DNA of 22,177 nucleotides from a virus: IMG/VR virus record IMGVR_UViG_3300025114_001676, positions 1 to 22,177 of that record; one strand, 5' to 3'. Shown piece by piece: positions 16,953 to 22,177 of this stretch (position 1 is its first letter; each line of letters starts with the position of its first letter). The notes under the pieces were generated by a model. It saw only the letters and a program-made list of their open reading frames with translations, ran no database searches and was not told where the DNA came from. The position numbers and the translations under genes were made by a program.

Positions 16953-17423
16953 TCATTGTACATAATCTCCAAAAAGACCTGTAATAACTTCTACAGCATC
17001 CTCAAGATTATCTAATCTCCAAGAAGCATTATGTTGAATGAGTGGATGTTCCATTAGATATTCATCATCTGATACCACTACAAGGGGCTTTCTCAAACCA
17101 ATAGCCCAACCAATTTCAATCACGGTACCATATGATGGTCGCCGTTCATTCAATTCTTGTGGGAGATAGGCTAGAACCAAATCACACGATTCAGTATCTA
17201 ACCAATTCTTGGTTGCTATTGCTCTAGGATCGGACCACATTTTTTCTGTGGCACCCGGATCTGTATACCTCATACCCTCTTTTAATGGCTCACAACGGAG
17301 TGGTGAAATACCAATAATACCATACGGCAATCGGCTTGTCACCCAATCACGCCATTCATTTGCTTCTTTGTCATCACACTCGGCAATAGGGCCGGCGAGA
17401 TAGACGGTTTTTCTTAAACTCAT
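16953..17423 (-). CDS. Nucleoside 2-deoxyribosyltransferase / nucleotide N-glycosidase superfamily protein
   Basis: VYLAGP, D..ESCDLVLA, SYGTVIEIGWA (catalytic Glu), KPLVVV. Confidence 0.85.
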   Translation of the reverse strand: MSLRKTVYLAGPIAECDDKEANEWRDWVTSRLPYGIIGISPLRCEPLKEGMRYTDPGATEKMWSDPRAIATKNWLDTESCDLVLAYLPQELNERRPSYGTVIEIGWAIGLRKPLVVVSDDEYLMEHPLIQHNASWRLDNLEDAVEVITGLFGDYVQ

Positions 17424-17458
17424 ATAAAATGCCTACTTTTTATTTTTTAGACACTTAT

Positions 17459-17487
17459 ATAATAACACGGCTAAAGTAGATTGTCAA
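17459..17487 (-). promoter_or_regulatory. sigma70-type promoter upstream of the NDT-gp55-gp47-gp46 block
   Basis: TTGACA (17487-17482), 17 nt, extended -10 TGt-TATTAT (17464-17459). Confidence 0.7.
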
Positions 17488-17906
17488 GAGTTTTTATTTT
17501 TACTCCAAGAACCGACATCAATAGTTTTTAAATCAAACTCTCGGTCCATATATTTCCATTCTATTTTAACTGGACTAAAGGCCTTTAAGAAGTCAAATAC
17601 AATCTGTGGATCAAATGGCCCACAAGTATACACATCCATCTGCATCAATGCAGGAGAAACTTCTTCCCATACATGGACAGCAATATGACTGGTCTCTATA
17701 ATAGCAACTGCAGTTAGTCCTTTGTTTCCCTCAACATCAACATAAGCAAAATGTGGCCCATGTAACAATTTCATGCCAATCTTATCAATCAATTCTTCCA
17801 TCCATGTAGCCAGAGATTCCCCATCTTTCTCTTGAGGTGGATCATTTACCTCTGCCCTGATAATTATGTGTTTATGTTCTGGTTTTTCCATATTAAGAAT
17901 CTTCAT
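17484..17906 (-). CDS. speD: Pyruvoyl-dependent S-adenosylmethionine decarboxylase-like proenzyme (class 1b SpeD fold)
   Basis: GLTAVAIIETSHIAVHVW and MDVYTCG match SHxxxHxW and DxxTCG. The cleavage site reads ETSH rather than xESH. Start is 17906 or 17891. Confidence 0.8.
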   Translation of the reverse strand: MKILNMEKPEHKHIIIRAEVNDPPQEKDGESLATWMEELIDKIGMKLLHGPHFAYVDVEGNKGLTAVAIIETSHIAVHVWEEVSPALMQMDVYTCGPFDPQIVFDFLKAFSPVKIEWKYMDREFDLKTIDVGSWSKNKNS

Positions 17907-18132
17907 CTGTACCTAATTCAGCTTCTATCAATGCCTGTACAAAAGCTTGTGGTGATATTTCTTTATTCACTGCAGCAATAATGAACTCCGCCATATGTAT
18001 TTCTTTTTCTATCCAAAACTTCTTACGTTGTAATTCTTCTAATTGAGAATTATAAAAATCTAACTCTTTTTGCTTACGGACCTTTTGCTCTATGATATCC
18101 GTGATAGAAATTATATTCAAACCTTTTTCCAT
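17893..18132 (-). CDS. Hypothetical coiled-coil protein
   Basis: 79-aa ORF filling the gap; helical pattern ISITDIIEQKVRKQKELDFY. Confidence 0.7.
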   Translation of the reverse strand: MEKGLNIISITDIIEQKVRKQKELDFYNSQLEELQRKKFWIEKEIHMAEFIIAAVNKEISPQAFVQALIEAELGTDEDS

Positions 18133-18138
18133 TTATGC

Positions 18139-18167
18139 TTGACTTATATATTTTTATATGGTATAAT
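18139..18167 (+). promoter_or_regulatory. Antisense-oriented sigma70 promoter
   Basis: TTGACT (18139-18144), 17 nt, TGG-TATAAT (18162-18167) on the plus strand. Confidence 0.7.
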
Positions 18168-18203
18168 ATACAGCAGTGTTTGAGCCAAAGATAGGTATAG
18201 CGC

Positions 18204-18716
18204 TCAATGAAGAATCCTTTTAGTAGGTTGGTGTGTTATTCTAGCTTCTACATCTTCCTCATTCAGTTCATCAAACAGCTCTTCCATCTCCATTTCTTCA
18301 TCAGAAACTCCAAGTAAATCACGAACCCTTCTAGCATTTTCTTCCATCTTCTGTAGAAACTGTGTTTCATCCATGTCATCATCTTTATTTTCTTCTATCT
18401 CAGCCTTTACTCTGGAAGATACCATTTTATAATACAATAAGATTTCAGGTGCTAGATCACCAAAAGCCATTATCTTTTCTTTATCTATAATAAAACTGAT
18501 ATCTTTAGTAAAATTAATCCAACGCTCTAAACCAGTATGCTCTACTACATGACTAGTCTTATCCGTAATAGTAGATTTTACTATATTCATCGGACATTCT
18601 ATTACAATAGCGTTATCAGATTCCTGTAGTATTTTACAGAGAACCGAATCCCCATTCACCATTTTTAGTATTTTGTATGGTGTTGCTTGTGTTTCAATAT
18701 TTGCTATTTCTTCCAC
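18204..18716 (-). CDS. Conserved T4-like phage protein, probable Sm-like N-terminal domain with acidic tail
   Basis: YKILKMVNGDSVLCKI...IECPMNI resembles the N-terminus of 3994..4311. Position directly downstream of uvsW. Confidence 0.6.
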   Translation of the reverse strand: MEEIANIETQATPYKILKMVNGDSVLCKILQESDNAIVIECPMNIVKSTITDKTSHVVEHTGLERWINFTKDISFIIDKEKIMAFGDLAPEILLYYKMVSSRVKAEIEENKDDDMDETQFLQKMEENARRVRDLLGVSDEEMEMEELFDELNEEDVEARITHQPTKRILH

Positions 18717-18720
18717 GGTT

Positions 18721-18728
18721 TATTTATC
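18721..18728 (-). promoter_or_regulatory. Late promoter-like box GATAAATA
   Basis: NATAAATA overlapping the uvsW stop codon. Confidence 0.4.
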
Positions 18729-20202
18729 TCTTTAGTGTTACCTGGACAATATCATACGAAAAGTCCTGTTCAGCATATATTTTTATTCTTTCTCTAAAAT
18801 GCTTAATTGTGTAGTTATCTCTACCATTATACACTAAATCATCCGCTAAGTCAAACACTTTTAGAATCTCCTTATCATCTGAAGTCCTTAGTCCTCTACC
18901 TATTGACTGTAGGACTTTTATTTGACTACGATAAGGTGAGCCAAACACGATGTTATGTAGTCTTTTGATGTTGATACCAGTAGAAAATACACCATAAGAT
19001 GCTAACACGATAATGTCATCACCAGACTCTACCAATTGACGCACCTTCTCTCGGTCGTCTACAGGTGTCTTACCATACACCATATAAACTTCTCTATCTG
19101 TGGTTGAGAGGAGCTCTTCCAGCAGCTCTAATTGTCTGATAAAACGACATAGCACCAGAGTGTTGCCTTCCTGAGTAGATGCCAGTTTAGATATGAATTT
19201 ATTTCTGGACTCATCTTCAGCTAGAAATGCTACTTCCTTTTCATAAGGCATAAGAAATCTTTTACTTTGGTGGTGTTTCAATACCAGACATTGTATGTTT
19301 AGATTGGATAAATGTTTATCTTCTATCAACTGGCTGGTGGTTGTGACTTGTTTATGTACCGCAAACAAACCCTCTAATACTAATCTGTGAACCTCTGTGC
19401 CATCTAATGTGCCTGTGAGCCCAATACGATATCTACAATGGTTCAGTTTGGTCATAATGCCGGTCAATGACTTTGCCTTAGCTAAATGAGCCTCATCAAT
19501 AATCACAGCACCAAACTGACTGAAGTATTTTTTATCCAGTTTGTAGATGGATTGCCACGTGGATATGATAACTTCTTTCTCTGTTTCTTTATCTGAACCT
19601 GCATATAGCTTATGACAATGTTTATCTGGAGTCCAACCATAATCAGCAAAATCTGTATACATCTGCTCGACAAGATTGGTTGTAGGTACGACTATCAGTA
19701 CCCGGTTATTGCCTGGGATACCATTGGTGAATATGAGGTAGTCTATGTAGTGCCTGACCAAGGCATAAATGATAAATGATTTACCTGAACCAGTAGGAGA
19801 TAATATCAGTGCTCGCTCATTCTCTATTACATTGAGTATGGCATCTATTTGATATTCTCTTGCCTTGAGGTCACCCGTTTGTAAAGACCTGATAAACTTT
19901 GTCGCGAGGTCTTTATTAATTTTTGGTGGACGGGTAAGGTTGTCACTGAAGGAGATTTTACATCCTTGCTCCTTGAGATACTTACATACATAAGGTAATA
20001 ATCCCAGATAGATTTTACCAGTACCAGCAGAATATAGTCTGATTTTTCCGTCCCATATTTTTCGTCGGACGGATGGCATGAATTTCGCTCCCGGCACGGT
20101 AAATGTAAAGAAGTCAGATAACTCCTTACTGACTCCAGGCTCACATTTAATCCTGAGATATGCTTCATCAAATTTTTCAAGTATTACTTTTTCCACTATC
20201 AC
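18724..20202 (-). CDS. uvsW: SF2 DNA helicase UvsW
   Basis: FFTFTVPGAKFMP, WDGKIRLY, Walker A SPTGSGKS, DEAH, GLTGT, STGINI, QSIGRGLR. Confidence 0.97.
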   Translation of the reverse strand: MIVEKVILEKFDEAYLRIKCEPGVSKELSDFFTFTVPGAKFMPSVRRKIWDGKIRLYSAGTGKIYLGLLPYVCKYLKEQGCKISFSDNLTRPPKINKDLATKFIRSLQTGDLKAREYQIDAILNVIENERALILSPTGSGKSFIIYALVRHYIDYLIFTNGIPGNNRVLIVVPTTNLVEQMYTDFADYGWTPDKHCHKLYAGSDKETEKEVIISTWQSIYKLDKKYFSQFGAVIIDEAHLAKAKSLTGIMTKLNHCRYRIGLTGTLDGTEVHRLVLEGLFAVHKQVTTTSQLIEDKHLSNLNIQCLVLKHHQSKRFLMPYEKEVAFLAEDESRNKFISKLASTQEGNTLVLCRFIRQLELLEELLSTTDREVYMVYGKTPVDDREKVRQLVESGDDIIVLASYGVFSTGINIKRLHNIVFGSPYRSQIKVLQSIGRGLRTSDDKEILKVFDLADDLVYNGRDNYTIKHFRERIKIYAEQDFSYDIVQVTLKR

Positions 20203-20624
20203 TCACCATGCAGAAATTGCTTCCACTTTATGGTGTTGTTTATATGAAATCCTCTATTTGTTATCTCTCGTAGTATTCTTTCCAAATAATCTACATATTG
20301 TTTTACATATTCTACTCTCTGACTCTGTTGTTGTAATTCCAAATCAGAGTTGAGGTAGATTCCCACATCAGCTTTGAGTACCTTTATGTCAAAAGGATTT
20401 TCTCTATACACCTCAGGCTCAGCTTTGCCTGTATAATACTCCCATTTGGTCCGATACAAAGAATTGTAATCGTCCCGAGCTTTCTTGAGTTGTAAGGAAT
20501 ACTTGGTGTATAATTGCAAATACTTGTTGTGTATCTGCGGAGTCCTGATACTTTCTAAATCCAACTCAGTATCATCTATCCTCAAATCAATATCAATTTG
20601 CTTTCGTAATTCTTCAAAGTCCAT
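20199..20624 (-). CDS. uvsY: Recombination mediator UvsY
   Basis: IDDTELDLESIRTPQIHNKY, KWEYYTGKA, RGFHINNTIKW; position between gp3 and uvsW. Confidence 0.92.
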   Translation of the reverse strand: MDFEELRKQIDIDLRIDDTELDLESIRTPQIHNKYLQLYTKYSLQLKKARDDYNSLYRTKWEYYTGKAEPEVYRENPFDIKVLKADVGIYLNSDLELQQQSQRVEYVKQYVDYLERILREITNRGFHINNTIKWKQFLHGE

Positions 20625-20631
20625 AATATAA

Positions 20632-20755
20632 AAAGGCGAAGCAGCCAGAGGTCTCTCGCGCCTTTAATTGCATGCATTTAGCTATAATATACTTCTACTT
20701 TAATAATAATATTGTCTAGAAGATTATATCCAATACTGAGGACATACACTGCTTC
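20632..20755 (-). other. Candidate structured RNA leader upstream of uvsY
   Basis: Several inverted repeats (see findings) lie between a perfect late promoter and the uvsY ATG. Confidence 0.4.
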
Positions 20756-20761
20756 TATTTT

Positions 20762-20769
20762 TATTTATA
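20762..20769 (-). promoter_or_regulatory. T4 consensus late promoter TATAAATA
   Basis: Exact match overlapping the gp3 stop codon, at the 5' edge of a roughly 135-nt intergenic region. Confidence 0.7.
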
Positions 20770-21376
20770 CAGATTGTATATCGTACCACTGGTAAGCAAA
20801 TGTTACTGTACACTCAGCATATGTTGTATCACTTTCTGCTGAACTATAATCCATACCACTCAAATTAATAGGAAAAGCTCGGTAAATAACCACATTAGCT
20901 ACAGCATTATTCTTGCTGGACATTACGGTCATAAGAATATTAGTATATAAATTAGAATCTGTTGTTGGAAGATTTCTACCCACAGAAGAATTATATACTG
21001 ATTTTGTATCCATGTTCAAATTGTCCGGCCTTTCCAATCTATTAAACTGATTACGACTAAAAGGGAATCCAATATTCATCATCCAAGCATACAGCTCCAT
21101 AAGATTTTCTAACTTTTCATCTACCAAAAACGTCATATTAAAATCATCATACTGGAGTTTATCTCCAGACACAGGAGAATCCGTGAATGGTGTGGCTTGT
21201 ACCGTTTGTCCTAGTGTAACACCAGGAATATTAGCACGCACCACAAACCATTCCATCGTAGGGAAGATAGGCAGATACACTTTAAATTGATTAGTCTGAG
21301 CAAAATCAAAAGTTGTGGGCTGCCTCTGTAACGGATTCACATCACCCGTAGAAGGTAAAGTTGATGATTGAGCCAT
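20765..21376 (-). CDS. gp3: Tail completion / sheath stabilizer (gp3-like, tail-tube fold)
   Basis: ANIPGVTLG, GDKLQYDDFNMTFLVDE, WMMNIGFP, AFPINLSG...VTFAY; position upstream of uvsY-uvsW. Confidence 0.85.
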   Translation of the reverse strand: MAQSSTLPSTGDVNPLQRQPTTFDFAQTNQFKVYLPIFPTMEWFVVRANIPGVTLGQTVQATPFTDSPVSGDKLQYDDFNMTFLVDEKLENLMELYAWMMNIGFPFSRNQFNRLERPDNLNMDTKSVYNSSVGRNLPTTDSNLYTNILMTVMSSKNNAVANVVIYRAFPINLSGMDYSSAESDTTYAECTVTFAYQWYDIQSV

Positions 21377-21380
21377 CTAA

Positions 21381-21761
21381 TTATGCCGCGGCATCTTCCT
21401 TATAAGCACCAGTGCCGAATTCTAAAATTATTGAATAGACAGAAGCTGTAGTTTTTGCTATCACTATATCACCAGTAGGATCTGTAGCATTATTAGCAAT
21501 CACTGGAGGATTCTGTGTTAGATTCCAATTTCCATTACCCGAAAACCTTGCTGCTACAGCGTCTGTAGCCCCATCCCAAGTTACTGTAATAGCGCCACTT
21601 GCCATAGTCCACATCGCTCTTCGTAATGTAGCTGTTCCGTCGGCCGGCAAACCTGTAAGAGCTGATGCATCTAAATTTGTTGTAGCAGCATCATCACCTT
21701 CAACCTTTACGACAAAACTACCTTGTTTTTTATTTCTTAAAATTTGACTTGTACTAGCCAT
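21381..21761 (-). CDS. Hypothetical protein, probably virion-associated
   Basis: Ala/Thr/Gly-rich beta-type sequence (LDASAL, ITVTWDGATD, TGDI). AAGGAG ribosome-binding site; late promoter-like box upstream. Confidence 0.65.
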   Translation of the reverse strand: MASTSQILRNKKQGSFVVKVEGDDAATTNLDASALTGLPADGTATLRRAMWTMASGAITVTWDGATDAVAARFSGNGNWNLTQNPPVIANNATDPTGDIVIAKTTASVYSIILEFGTGAYKEDAAA

Positions 21762-21821
21762 TTTATTTCTCCTTGTTGGTACCCGTAGAGCTTATCATAC
21801 GGAAAGATACCTTTATTCTTA

Positions 21822-22088
21822 CTATTTATCATTACACCAATCACATACCACTTTCACCATATCATATTTTTGCATCATCTTATCCGCCTGTCGTTGAGCA
21901 ATTTTTCTTTCATGCTCATTATCATTACGGTTAGGGTCTGCCCGGGCCAATGTAGATTGAACCTTCTTCACTTTAGAATCTAAATAATCAACTTCTGTTA
22001 TAGACCTCCAGATAATACGCTCGGCCTTTGTAGGAAAATGCTCATAAAGGCATTCTTCACAAATATGTTTATCAGAAAATTTATACAT
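21822..22088 (-). CDS. Small protein with CxxC...CxxC and a DUF2786-like helical hairpin
   Basis: CEEC and CDWC flank KVKKVQSTLARAD...NEHERKIAQRQADKMMQKY. Start reassigned to ATG 22088, downstream of the terminator. Confidence 0.6.
   Translation of the reverse strand: MYKFSDKHICEECLYEHFPTKAERIIWRSITEVDYLDSKVKKVQSTLARADPNRNDNEHERKIAQRQADKMMQKYDMVKVVCDWCNDK
21823..21830 (-). promoter_or_regulatory. Late promoter-like box GATAAATA
   Basis: Overlaps the upstream stop. Followed by a leader of about 55 nt with a CCGUA/UACGG hairpin and then AAGGAG. Confidence 0.55.
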
Positions 22089-22097
22089 TTTTATAAT

Positions 22098-22129
22098 AAA
22101 AAAACCCCAACCGCGGTGGAGGTTGGGGT
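22098..22129 (-). terminator. Rho-independent terminator
   Basis: 9-bp stem ACCCCAACC/GGTTGGGGT (22104-22112 with 22121-22129), 8-nt loop, followed by a run of U on the minus strand. Confidence 0.85.
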
Positions 22130-22177
22130 CCAAAAATCACATTCTTTATAATATTATTATGGCGAATGTTTTTTGTA

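Noticed and set aside
19845-20180. 111-aa minus-strand ORF nested in uvsW
   Set aside because: Alternative frame inside a conserved helicase gene; no motif or ribosome-binding site.
261-20353. All plus-strand ORFs in the track (for example 4064..4600, 8361..8765, 10909..11316, 14435..14794)
   Set aside because: They lie antisense to well-supported minus-strand genes, have no recognisable motifs, and show the Ser/Phe/Ile-rich composition of shadow frames.
22134-22177. 3' end of the major capsid gene gp23 before the terminator
   Set aside because: Expected from synteny, but no frame here gives a recognisable gp23 C-terminus; too little sequence to call.

Overview
This window comes from a large T4-like myovirus. 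The gene order resembles marine cyanophage/pelagiphage-type T4 relatives; the host cannot be determined, but the pilin and the ROSE-like leader point to a proteobacterium. All credible genes are on the minus strand. In transcription order: a small zinc-finger/DUF2786-like protein, a putative virion protein, gp3, uvsY, uvsW, an Sm-like protein, a hypothetical, an AdoMetDC-like protein, a nucleoside deoxyribosyltransferase-like protein, gp55, gp47, gp46, dam, peptide deformylase, a membrane protein, hsp20, three small proteins, DUF3310, gp45, a type IV pilin, gp44, a four-gene SAM/PLP cassette, gp62, regA, a second Sm-like protein, gp43, an SPPY methyltransferase and the 5' end of an SbmA/BacA/YddA-like transporter. 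Highlights: (1) an intact type IVa major pilin between gp45 and gp44; (2) a translationally coupled cassette of three methyltransferase-fold genes plus a PLP enzyme splitting gp44 from gp62, a candidate DNA hypermodification pathway; (3) a ROSE-like RNA thermometer on hsp20; (4) three sigma70 promoters whose predicted +1 falls on or next to the ATG, suggesting leaderless mRNAs; (5) a near-consensus antisense promoter; (6) two candidate structured RNAs; (7) small ORFs missing from the ORF track. All family assignments come from motif recognition by eye, not database searches.
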